Below, piece by piece: positions 25,769 to 36,960 of a stretch of 64,000 nt of DNA. The notes under the pieces were generated by a model. The model saw only the letters and a list, made by a program, of their open reading frames with translations. It did no database searches and was not told the DNA's origin. Location: assembly GCF_018350175.1 (NCBI RefSeq), contig NC_058368.1, forward strand, positions 52,764,001 to 52,828,000. Reading direction: 5' to 3'. The first letter of the stretch is position 1; every line of letters begins with the position of its first letter. The translations under genes and the position numbers were made by a program. This stretch comes from Felis catus (lineage: Eukaryota).

Positions 25769-26292
25769 AATTTCTGCCAGTTTTTTGGAAGTTATGATGA
25801 TCATACCTGGGGTTAAATTTCTCTTTATATTAACAATGAATGAAGGGTTTGATAAGAAAGTTGATAGTGTAAACAGGATCAGAGAGTACCATTTAAGACC
25901 CTTTTAAGAATACAGACAGCTTTTAGAAGAGAAGGAGGCATGATAAAAACCTAACATCTATTCATTAAAGTACATCTAAGTGTTAAATATAGCTATTGCA
26001 GCTACTTGAAAGCAATAAAACTAAATATTTTCCTAAAAACTTAATTAATAATTAAGACAGAGCAATTCTACCAGTGATTTTGATCCTCTACACCAATAAA
26101 AAAAAAATGGAGACAAAGTTCGATTATGCAAATATCGTTAACAAAATCTCCCTTCCCCACCCCCTTTAATGGGCATGACTGCATGCTGGCAAAGAAACAG
26201 AATTTGAGTAGAGAGCAGTTTTCCTTGGGAAAAGGCACTCAAGAACTTGGGGGTGTTGGTAAAGATTAACCAGCATGATTTAAAAAAAATGA

Positions 26293-26484
26293 GGGGCGTC
26301 TGGGTGGCTCAGTCGCGATCTCACAGTTTGGTTTGTGAGATCAGGCCCCACTCGGGCTCCGTGCTGACAGCACAGAGCCTGTTCAAGATTCTCTCTCTCC
26401 CTCTCTCTCCCCCTCCCCTGCTTGTGCGCATGAATACTCTTTTTCTCTCAAAACAAATGAACTTAAATTTTTTTTTAAAAATTA
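26293..26484 (+). mobile_element. CAN-SINE with internal deletion
   Basis: ggggcgtctgggtggctcagtc head jumps to gcgatctcacag; CT tract, tail. Confidence 0.9.
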
Positions 26485-27444
26485 AAGGACAAAGGACAGT
26501 GTTCTGACTTCAGGCTTTTTCACTGCTCCCTGCCCAGATTTATTAACCTCCTGTTAATAAATAGATCCAGAGGACTGAATTAAGAGGGGACCAATAAATA
26601 TTCTTTCCTCTCTCACCCCTTGAAGAGGCTCACCAAATTTTACTAACCTGATTTCCAAGTGGAATCTAGTATAAACAGAAACGTCTTTTTGACAGTTCTG
26701 AAAATATTACATGTCTCCGCAGAACAGGCACAAAAGTACAGTAGCACTTAGCATTTGCAGCACTGGAAAGTGATTAATTAGCCATTTAGCACCCTTCCAT
26801 AATATTTAAGTGTTGATTATAAAGCAAAGATACAGATCATCAAAGTCAGGGAAATGAAGGCTTCAATAAACAGTGCGTGTTTGAGAACTCACAGCTTTAA
26901 CTAAGCCATTGTAGACTTGCCTGGTGCTTCTCCTGGACTCCGGCTGTCTTTGGGGAGGGGTCTCTCCTTCACCCCCTTGTTGTTGCCCCCCGAAGTGCCT
27001 GTTGTCCTGCACAGCATATCGGTGACTCAGTGTGGGTGGTGCCCTCAGAGTGCGTTGGCTGAGGTTTTGGAAGAATGGCCTCCCTTTAGTTGCAGAATCT
27101 CTAATGTATCATCAGGAGCCAGAGGGAAAAGATGATCTATTTTCTAAAGCAGAAGTGACTTAGGAAGTCCCTGATGGGGAGGTTCATCTCTGACTATTTT
27201 GGAAAGTGTTTTCCAGTGCTGATTTCTAAGAGTGGATTCTGTGGTTTGAGTGCCTCTGCTGAAGATATCACAGGAGGAGTGAATGGATACTCATGTGTTA
27301 CCCACTTTGTGTGGCTCTGAGCTAGCAGGTACAACGTCAAGTAACCTTGTTCATTTCCTAGCATCCTTCTCTTTATATGCAGAGGATCAATTCATCCAAC
27401 AGACACTTGCGAATTCCTTGTGGGGCCTGTAGTCTTGTGTCGGT

Positions 27445-27620
27445 CAGTAGTTATCAAATTGGTGTGAATCACCTGGGAGCTTATTAAATTACCAATTTCT
27501 AGGCCCCGCCCCCAGAAATGCTAATTCAGCAAATCCAGAACAGGGTTTAGGGATCTGATTCCCATTTGAGGGTTTCACGAACACCCTTGGATCCCGAACA
27601 CCACTCTTTGAAGTGCTGTG
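27445..27620. mobile_element. MER5-family MITE fragment
   Basis: cagtagttatcaaatt...gaatcacctgggagcttattaaa...aggccccgcccccagaaatgctaattcagc. Confidence 0.65.
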
Positions 27621-27796
27621 GGGATAGGACAAATTCTTGACTGACAATCACTCAGTCACAATGGCAGGATGAGCCCCAGTGGCCCAAACACCCAGATGAT
27701 GGCAAAACCCCACAGAAGACCGGGCAGAGCCACGGGAATTTTGGATTATTGTGGGCTATATTTAGACATGAAGGAGTTTTACAAAGAATTTTAAAA

Positions 27797-28009
27797 ATTT
27801 TTTTTTTTTCGTTTATTTATTTTTGGGACAGAGAGAGACAGACTACGACCGGGGGAGGGGCAGAGAGAGAGGGAGACACAGAATCGGAAACAGGCTCCAG
27901 GCTCTAAGCCATCAGCCCAGAGCCCGACGCAGGGCTCGAACTCACGGACTGCGAGATCGTGACCTGGCTGAAGTCGGACGCTTAACCGACTGCGCCACCC
28001 AGGCGCCCC
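27797..28009 (-). mobile_element. Young SINEC_Fc
   Basis: Perfect 17-bp TSD tacaaagaattttaaaa (27780-27796, 28010-28026). Confidence 0.97.
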
Positions 28010-28062
28010 TACAAAGAATTTTAAAAGTAACTTGGACTTGAAAGAAAATCGAATTTGATCCA

Positions 28063-28335
28063 TTTCTTTTCTTCCTCTCTCCCTTTCTTTCTTCCTCTTT
28101 TCTTCCCTCCCTTTCTTCCCTCCCTCCCTTCCTTCCCTCCCTCCCTCCTTCTTCCTTCCTTCCTTCCTTCCTTCCTTCCTTCCTTCCTTCCTTCCTTCCT
28201 TCCTTCCCTCCCTCCCTCCTTCCCCCTTCCTTCCTTCCTTCCTTCCTTCCTTCCTTCCTTCCTTCCTTCCCTCCCTCCCTCCCTCCCCTTCCTTCCTTCC
28301 TTCCTTCCTTCCTTCCTTCCTTCCTTCCTTCCTCC

Positions 28336-28408
<73 letters not shown>

Positions 28409-28414
28409 TTCTTT
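28063..28414. repeat. Compound (CCTT)n/(CCCT)n/(CTTT)n polypyrimidine tract, about 350 bp
   Basis: Direct read; source of spurious ORFs 27942..28337 and 28055..28477. Confidence 0.97.
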
Positions 28415-28734
28415 ATGTCTTATGAGGCAAATGAGATCCAGAGAGGTGAAATGACTGACCTATATTCACTGAGTTAAGACTTGAAGGGCAAGGACTAGAA
28501 GCAAAGACTTGTGTCTACAACAGCCTTTGGGGAGTCTGCTCTGGATGCAATGGAAGTGGGTATACAGACCAGCATCCTTTTTTAAAAAGGCAGGTAATAT
28601 TATCCTTTATTTACAGATGAGAAAATTGAGACACAGAAGGATTAAGAAACTTGCTCAAGTTTGCAGAACTATAAGCAGTTTGCCTCTATATGGCAGTGAC
28701 TGCCTCCCCCCCTTTATATCACTTCCTTATAGAG

Positions 28735-29045
28735 AAGTTCATAAATCCGCCCATGGCGGCTCCACACTTGGAGGGGGGGCAAATTATTGGATGACAGGAT
28801 TAGGATTTTGAAAAAGTCCCAATGGACTGAAACTAATGATGTGACTTAATAGGGATAAAAGTAAAATTCCACACTTAGGTTAAAAAAAACTGGTTGCACA
28901 CCTATCAGGATGCTAGGAAGACCAGGCCTAAATACAGTTCCTATGAAAAAGGCTTAGGGGCTTCAGGAGACTTTGCGCTCATATGAACGGATAATGTGAA
29001 GTGTGGCAGTCACAGAGCTTATGCAATTTTAGGCCTAAGTCAGAA
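28735..29045 (+). mobile_element. L3/CR1 LINE relic (reverse-transcriptase C-terminal region)
   Basis: Frameshifted translation gives DDRIRI, NRDKSKIPHLG, EKGLG and AYAILG, resembling CR1 motifs FNRDKCKVLHLG / EKDLG / ANAILG. Confidence 0.8.
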
Positions 29046-31759
29046 CAAGGTAGGTGAGTCCTCCTGTGTTTTAGATATATTTGATCATAATTGGAGCGAA
29101 GTGGAAAACACATTAATCAGTATCTTTCCAAGGAAGGAGAGACCACGAAATTACGTTCCAAGGTGGAAGTCTTCTGTATGGCAAAGTGGACGTTTGTGGG
29201 TGTTGGTAGCCCAGCATCTACGCCTCCAAATACTCTCTCTTTCTTTTTTCCTCTCTCTTGGTAACAGCACCTACTTTTCCTTTATGGAATTCACTGCCCT
29301 CACCCCATTCTCTGTGGTCCTGGTGGAAATGTAAATCGTAGTGTCCTTGTGCCCCACACAGTTCTAAGTCCAACCAGACCCTGCTCCATCCTTGGGGGAT
29401 TCTCATCCTGGATTGAATGATACATGAAAAAAGATGGTTGGAACAGGATAATTCTGACACCAGCAACCGCGGGAAACTATGTGCTCTTCACCAAGATTTC
29501 CGCACGCTGCCCCGGTTCCTGTGTTTTTCCATCTGTGTGGATCATTCTTCATGATCCATCAGCTCATTCCTTCAGAAAACATTAACACGCGGGGCACAAG
29601 ACTGCCAACCCTGATCCCTCCTCTTTCCTCCTCTTCTCATCCCCATCTGCCTCCTTCTCTTCCTCTTTCTCATTTAGGGAAATGCTAGGCTCCAGACTTG
29701 TGTGTAGGAATGAATATGAACACAGCGAGCAACTTCTTAGCAAGTTCAGTAACATGGAACTGTGTGTCTGAACTGTTTTGAGTATCAGGCAGTCATTGTC
29801 TGGCACCAGATGGGTGACAGATTCAAAGAGAAAAGTGTAACTCAGGTGCTGATTGATGAAAGAAACAGTTACCAAGGCAGGCATAGGGCTCTGGATAGGA
29901 AAATAACCCACAAAAACAAAAACCCTAACTGACGAAAAGAATCAAGAAAAAAGGGCAAAATTGCAAGAAGAGGAAGGGAGAGAGGGTGATGATAATTCAT
30001 TGTGTGGGGTTTCTTTGTATACCAAACACGTTCACAGACTTTCCTCCTTGCTCTCTGTGAACTCTTTAAGTCAGGTGTCATCACCCCTGGCTTCTATGCA
30101 AGCACCTAGAGGTCTAGAAAAACGTGACTCGCTCAGAGGCCCAGAGCTAAGTGCGTGACATGGGTACATCCCAGTCATGTCCACTGACCCTCCCACCACC
30201 TCTCCCTCTCACCCCTTCCCTTCCCCATCAGTCCCTCTGGCTATGAATCTCTGTTAAAATTCTTTTTGAAAAACTCCCAGTTTCCTTTGTCTTCTTTGAG
30301 CATGCGCTGTGCCTCCTGTTTTGTTTAGCACCCGCTGCAAAGCTCATCTCTGGCTTTGGAGACAAACATCCGAAAGCGAAAGCAGGTTATATGACGCACA
30401 ATGTTTCTTTCTCCTGCTCTTGCTTTCCAGTCAATGTCTCCTTGGCCTGGTTTGCTATTCTTGAAACTTTGCTGGGTGACAAACCGAGAGCACTCATCAG
30501 CCTCACCCCTGGTCAGTCGCTGAGAACCGTCTCAACCAACCAGAACGCAAGCGGCTGTGTTCTGACCAGGTCTGGGGTAGCCGGGCATGAAATCAAAATA
30601 TGACACCGTGTTCCTGTGGAAGGCTGGAGGAAAGGAAGTGTTCTTAGGATCCGTTAGAGATTTTTCTGAGAGCAAAAGTCCCAGGAAAAGAAGGGAACTG
30701 TGTTCAGGAGTGGAGTTTGTTTTAAGTACCTGATTCCTGCTGTGAACAGTGATATGTGGTTGTTTTATAAATTAGCCACATTTGAATTCTAAATCACTGT
30801 AGGTGCAGCAGAGCCTTTGATATAAGACTAAGCTTATTTTTCAACAAACAAAGTAATTGCTCAACATCGGTGAGTCGGTGGGAGGGGGGGAGGGGAGAGT
30901 CTGCTTTTTGAGGAACTATACCTGCTTCCCAGAGAATATTCCGAATACCTGACAGCACAAAATAATGGTATTGATAAGATGAATAAATCTGATCCTGGGT
31001 ATTTTATGTCAAATTGGTAGAAGAAAAATTTTCGTGCAAGTATGCAGAAAAGTAATAAACCTGCTTGAGGAATAAATTTAATGGTTTCTCGGCCTATATA
31101 TTTCTAATAATTGTTTATACTTTTAATTTAATAGTATTATTCCTAGCAGGAAGCTTGTTTTACGTTGTATAGAGATTAGAATAAAACTGCAGAATCAGAA
31201 TTTTCCAGAAGGCAGTTCCCAGGGGATTTTGACACCGTTAGCCACAGCACTATCATGTTCCCTTCTTTGTCTCAAAGACTCTTCTGTCAATAAATTTTGA
31301 ATACACCTTGATCACTCTTCTTCATTCTCCCTCAGGGATGTGGGGGGTGAAAGGAGAGGAGAGATAGGTCTTAGAGAATTTTTCTGTAAATTATTTTTTG
31401 GTTTATTACTAAAGGCATCTCCACAAATATAATTTATGCACATACGTTTTAGCTCTCATTTAAAGAGTTAAAATGCCACACCGTAACCTGATGGTATTTT
31501 CAAAAATGAAATGGGTGTTTGAAGCAGTCGTAGTGCGTTTCTAGGAATAGTCGCAGGAAGCAGTAAGTAGGCAAGATAATCGTTTCTGGCTGTTCTTTGG
31601 ATGCTGAGAAATTAATATGGGCTTGGCTAGCTGTACCATCACACCTTGCAATTCAGTATCACCTCTCCAGGCTCTCAGACTAAAAGTCCAGAAGTAAGCT
31701 TTACCAAGCAAGTTTGAAATGTGTTGGCAAGCCAACGTGGAAAGTTCCTGCTCCCATTG

Positions 31760-32230
31760 CTTACGTTCCGCCCCTTCTGGGGATACATAAAACCTCCAGT
31801 CCCTACGCTGCCAAGTCAGCACTTTCCAGGAGCACTTAGAAGCCATGGCATCCCCACCTCTCCATCAATGACAGCCGAAAGCCCTAACTTGGTAATGGCA
31901 TAATGGGGAACGAGGCGGGGGCGTGAGAAAGGGTCTCGGGAAATACTTTTCCAGAGCAAGTCAATATGAATGTGAGGTTGTCTTCCAGAGCGAGCGGTCG
32001 AGCCCGGTCCCGGGGATTCTGCGCCCTTGTGCTATTAATATCTCTGCTGCTTTCCTGTTCTGCACGGCGATCCGGCACCACGGTGCATTAGGCCGGTGCA
32101 GGAGCCGACGTAGACAGAGTGTCTGCGAGACGGAGCGCTCCGAAATATTCTGCAGGAAACAGCCCCGCGCTGACAGAGAGCGCCCAATGGATGGTCTCCT
32201 CCTCAAGTCTGCTTCTATTATAAATCAGAT
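31760..32230 (+). promoter_or_regulatory. Small orphan CpG island with GC boxes, CCAAT and TATAAA (promoter/enhancer candidate)
   Basis: About 24 CpGs counted in 31911-32190 in otherwise CpG-poor DNA; ttccgcccc about 31767, gaggcggggg about 31912, ccaat 32184, tataaa 32219. Confidence 0.5.
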
Positions 32231-32718
32231 GCCTACTTAAAAAATGAGCGAAGTATAAATAATTTAAAACAAATCAAAGGGCTTTATTACCACCATGGTA
32301 CCCAGGCCTTTGAAGATAGCTCGGCTACCCAGCACATTTAGGGATGCTCGCTCTGCTTTGCTCTCCCGTGTCTCTCCCATAATGACATATATACCAAGAA
32401 AAACAAAACAAAACAAAACAGAAAAAGAAAAACAAAAACCCCAGTACATTATCAAGGCTAAGGTCACTTGCAAGTTTCAGCCCCAAGGGAGGCCAGAGTT
32501 CATTCCGGGGAGTCCACATCCACGGTCTAACTAACGTGAGTTTGTCTCCCTCTTCCTCCCCAAAGGAACTATGGCTTGAACACTAGAGGGGAAGATCCCG
32601 GGACAAAACCACCAGGGATCCTCTGGGAAGCATTTAAAAGCAAATATTCAATGGCCCAGCTCTTCCTATCTTGATTGTTACTGCTTCCAGTTCTGATAGA
32701 GCTCAAACTTCAATGACC

Positions 32719-32833
32719 CTTTCCTTCCTTCCTTCCTTCCTTCCTTCCTTCCTTCCTTCCTTCCTTCCTTCCTTCCTTCTTTCCTTCCTTTCCCTCCCTT
32801 TCTCTTCCTCCCTCCCTCCCTCTCTCTCTCTTT
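32719..32833. repeat. (CCTT)n / CT-rich microsatellite
   Basis: Direct read. Confidence 0.95.
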
Positions 32834-33347
32834 CTGTTGTTACCAAGGCCTGATGACCATAACCTTGACTATCCTATTGTAGATCATATTTTGTTACTTA
32901 CAACCATGTTTAACTTGTGTTTCTATGTGGCACGGTTATCTGACCCCTTTGTCAATAAAATGCAAAGACGATCTTTCACAGGGAGAGATGGAATCTGATG
33001 GAAAATTAGTAATGACTGGGGCAAAACAACTGTGTCTCATGAATTAAAATGTGTTGGAAGCTTAAGTGAGAAAGTAAGAATGGAAAACTGGCAGTGAGAG
33101 TGTATAGGAGTCATGAAAACTTTGTCAAAGCTATGGCCCTGAAAGAAAAGAAAGAAATGAATTAGGGCGACTAAATTTGAGAGCTTTGGCTCAGGAAAAA
33201 CACTCTTAGTTTCCAAACCTGGCCACACATATCACTTAGGGCCCTTATAAGAAAATTAAGTTTTCATAGATTCACACAGGGAGATTCCACATCAGGAAAT
33301 CTGGGGTGGGGCCCAAGAATAGGTACCTTGGAAATCATTGCTCAAGA

Positions 33348-33408
33348 TGCAATAAAATGGTAGATTTTATGCAATAAATGGTAAATTCTGTGCAATAAAT
33401 GGTAGATT
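33348..33408. repeat. Three-copy 21-22 bp tandem repeat (tgcaataaatggtagatt...)
   Basis: Copies start at 33348, 33370 and 33391. Confidence 0.9.
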
Positions 33409-33782
33409 GGTACTCAACACTTGTACTTTTGCTGCTTACCTTGAAATAATATAGATTGGCTGGGACTAGAGCCTGTAGTTAGCCAAGCATCTGAAAGTAA
33501 TTCCACTAGTGGTTGGAAGTTGAGATTTATGGCAGTGTTTGCAAATTGTGGTTTTATTTTTATTTCTTTAAAAAAGTTGAAAGAGTATGGACGAATGGCA
33601 TTGTATTCACTTACCAAAAGACAGTTGACTTGGTAGCTGTATTACCAGAATGAGGATCTCCCCCCACAATCCCCGACAGCTGTTTTCTAAAATATATGTG
33701 TCTGAAGAATCTTATCCTCTTAGCCAAGATGAAATCTCAGTCAATGTGGAAAACAGAACTAACAACATCTCTTCAGAATAAC

Positions 33783-34243
33783 AGATCTCAAACTTCTAAG
33801 GATCTTTTTACTTTCTCAACTATTGAGGGCCCCAAAGAGTGTTTTTTTTGATGGGTTATGACTGTTGATATTAACCATGTTAGCAATTAAAACCAAGAAC
33901 TTATAAAATATTTTCATTTGTTTAACAATAACATGATAAACCCTTAACATGTTAGTATAAATAACATGTTTTTTGGAAAAAACAATTATATTTTCCAACA
34001 AAATTGTGAAGAGTAGTGATTTGCATTTTTCACAAATCTTTTGCAATGTTGGTCTTTGTAAATGACAGTCGGATTTTCACATCTGCCTCTGCATTCGGTG
34101 TGTTGCAGAATGTCCTTTTGATTGAAGCATATAAAGAAAATCCAGCTTAACAGGGATACGTAATTAGAAAAGAGAGGTCTTTTGTGGGTCCCAGGAATGT
34201 GTCTCAGGGACTTCTGGGGCCATACTCTGTGAACTTCTCCTGT
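33783..34243. mobile_element. Charlie1-family hAT non-autonomous element (MER119/Charlie1-end-like)
   Basis: attgagggccccaaagag...ggattttcacatctgcctctgcattc...gaaaatccagc match my recall of Charlie1 terminal sequence. Confidence 0.65.
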
Positions 34244-35489
34244 AGAATGACCTCAACACCCTCGCCACGGTGGTGAGCTAGAGTCATCAGCTGAAGGCAC
34301 TCAGCAGTGAGGTCTGTGGTGATTGATTCCAATCACAAGAATTTCAGATCTAAAGACAAAGCATGGGAATCCAGGTTGGCCAAGAGAAAACCATCAAGAA
34401 TAAAGTGATGTGAGTTCTAGAATGAGGTGTGATGGGGGACACTTACGGGGAGTCCTCCATTGGAGAAATCTGTAAGAGCTGTTGTACATCATCTCTGCTG
34501 CTTTGGAATCTGAGGGCAGCTCAGACCCACTGCTTTAGGCATTAAAAAAAATCTGGTTAGTTTCTCTGAGGCCTTCAGAGAACTCAATAAGCCTCTCTTG
34601 ATGTTTCTGAGGTGTCTTTCTGAGGTGTTCTGAGGTTGGAGCCTATTATTCAGTTAAGTAGATGATCGCCCATAAGCTTTATCCAGCTCTCTCTCTAAGC
34701 GAATGTCTTCCCTCCTTTGCCTTTTTCAGCAAGTTCATAATCTCTTCTATTTTTGAACAACTATTTCCCTGTTTCTCTCTTTTCCATAGATTAGGCAGTT
34801 CAGCAGTCCTTGGAAGAGGTTGTAGGTTCGATTCTTTCACAGGTTGTCTCACTGCCCTGGGACTCTGACTGTAGAATTGATCTAGTCTCATCAATTCTGT
34901 GACCCTTCTCCCTGGTTTCTGCTTCAACCTCCTGAATCCAGTAATTAAAATGGCCAACTGGTTCCGCTGTGAAGTCTATTAAGGAAGGACTCCCTTATGG
35001 CATGGGGCTCCAGAGCTTGTCTCAGATGAGTTTAAAATCCATTGCCCTTTTCAATATTTTAAGTTTATGTTCCACATTAGTTACAAGGTCACAATGGTGG
35101 GTGTGTGGTCAAAGGCGTCTCCCATGTGCCGGCTAGTAGTTTGTAAAGGAAATTTGCACATGGGCACCACCCTCTTATTTTATATACCTTTGCCATGAGC
35201 CGTGATATCAGAAGCTCAGCCCCATGGTAGAGCCACAGAAGCGTTCCTTTCCACCATCTTCCTTTCTGTCTCCCTCTCTATCCACCCTCCCCATGCAGAT
35301 GGAGATCCTGGGGCCAACTCCAAAGTCAGTGTCTGCTTCTGAACCCTTGCCTTCCCCTGCAAGTCCCCTGTGGCATTTCTAATGACAGAGCAGCTCTGGC
35401 CAGAGGACAAGTTAGCCTCTGGCAGCATCTTCCTCCTCCATCCTGTCCTCTCATCCATTGCTCCCTGATCATTTCAGCAGGAAAGGGAA

Positions 35490-36960
35490 TGAATGTTTAT
35501 TGGATGCCTCCTATGTATCAGCCACTTCTATAAACTTCCTGTATCTCAGTCAATCCTAAATAACTTTATAAATCTTTACTTTTGTAGATGGGTAAACAAA
35601 TATTGCACCAGGTCACCCAACACTCATGCTTTTGTGCCACTTTGTGGCCAGCCAAAAGTTGGCTACATTTGAATCCTCATTCTCATTTTCTCCATGCATG
35701 AAATGATACTCATTCCTAAGTCCTATCAGTTTTACCCTCGTTAAAGTTCTCTGAGTTGTCTCTCTGCACCATGATTCTGCTTTCACTGTATCACTGCATG
35801 TTCTTCTATCTCAGCTGCCTTCCGATGCCAGCCTCCCCACTGGGCCTCCCCATGCTACGCCCACCTCTTTTCCTGGAGCAGCGGACTTCGGGGTTAGTGG
35901 CCAAGGGCATCCGTGCTGCAGCCCAATTACCTGGATTCAGATCCTGCCACTATCAGCCCCCGACTCTATAATCTCGGGCAGTTGGTTTAGTTTCTCTGTG
36001 TCTTGGATTCCTCACGGGTAAACTGGCAGCCAGAGGAGTACTCACCTCACAGGACCTTATTGAGACTAAAGAGGTTGATGCACGTAAAGCATTTGGGACA
36101 GTGCCAGGCGTGTGCTGAATGAGTGTTAGCTGCCAGCTTGCTTTTCCTGCTGTAGAGTTCAGCTCGGCTTTTGCCTCAGTGGAGCAAACTTCAAAGACTC
36201 CCCATTGCACACCAGACAGAGACCGAACTCTTGACTTGGTCTTCAGTGGTGTTGTTTTCCTCTAATCTATTTTCTGGACCTCTTTTCCATTAGATTGCCA
36301 TATACACCTCCAGACAACCAGAACTGCTACACATCTCTCTGTGTGTCTCATATTCTTGCTTCTGTATCTTTATTCCTCTGCACATTTAGCTTTCTGCATG
36401 TTAGAATTCCATTCATTTTTCCAGACTCAAAACCCAATGGCATCCTTTTCAAGAGGGCTTCCCTGATCTTCCCAGCAGGAAGTAATCTATTTACCTTGTG
36501 AACTCCCATAGCTCTTTATACCTTTCTTTTGGCACTTCATCATGTTTTATTATCAATTACAGTTATTTATGCTATTCATCTATCCAGCTAGAAGGTAAGC
36601 CCTTCCAAGGTAGGTTTATCTTGGCATTTCCCAAAGTGTCTATATAGTGTCTTGTTCATAACGAGAACTCAATAAAAATGTTTCTTTGAATGGCTGAGTT
36701 TTATCTAATAATAATAGCTGCCGTTTATTGAGCTCTCCCTCGGTGCCAAGTACTATGGGAGGGTTTTATGTATCTTGTCTCATGAAATCTTCACGACCCT
36801 GGATGGTACTAATTATTATTCCTCCCATTTTTCAGAGGAGGACATCGAGTCACAGATAGATAGATTAGGTAATTTGCCTGAGATCACCCAGAGGGTAAAT
36901 GATGTAATCTTTGGATCCTAGTGCTGGTCAACTCCAGGCCCATGCCCACATCCACTGCAT
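35490..36960. mobile_element. Interleaved MIR / L2 / MIR / L2 / MIR relics
   Basis: MIR cores at about 35490-35640, 35880-36135 and 36710-36960; L2 3' portion at about 35640-35870 and 36140-36700 ending ctcaataaaaatgtttctttgaatg. Confidence 0.7.

Noticed and set aside
27942..28477. 131-aa and 140-aa low-complexity ORFs (EGRK / LPSF repeats)
   Set aside because: Translations of the (CCTT)n microsatellite
33440..33490. Minus-strand 51-nt frame-preserving exon candidate (AAG|gtaagc donor)
   Set aside because: Weak polypyrimidine tract and unrecognised peptide
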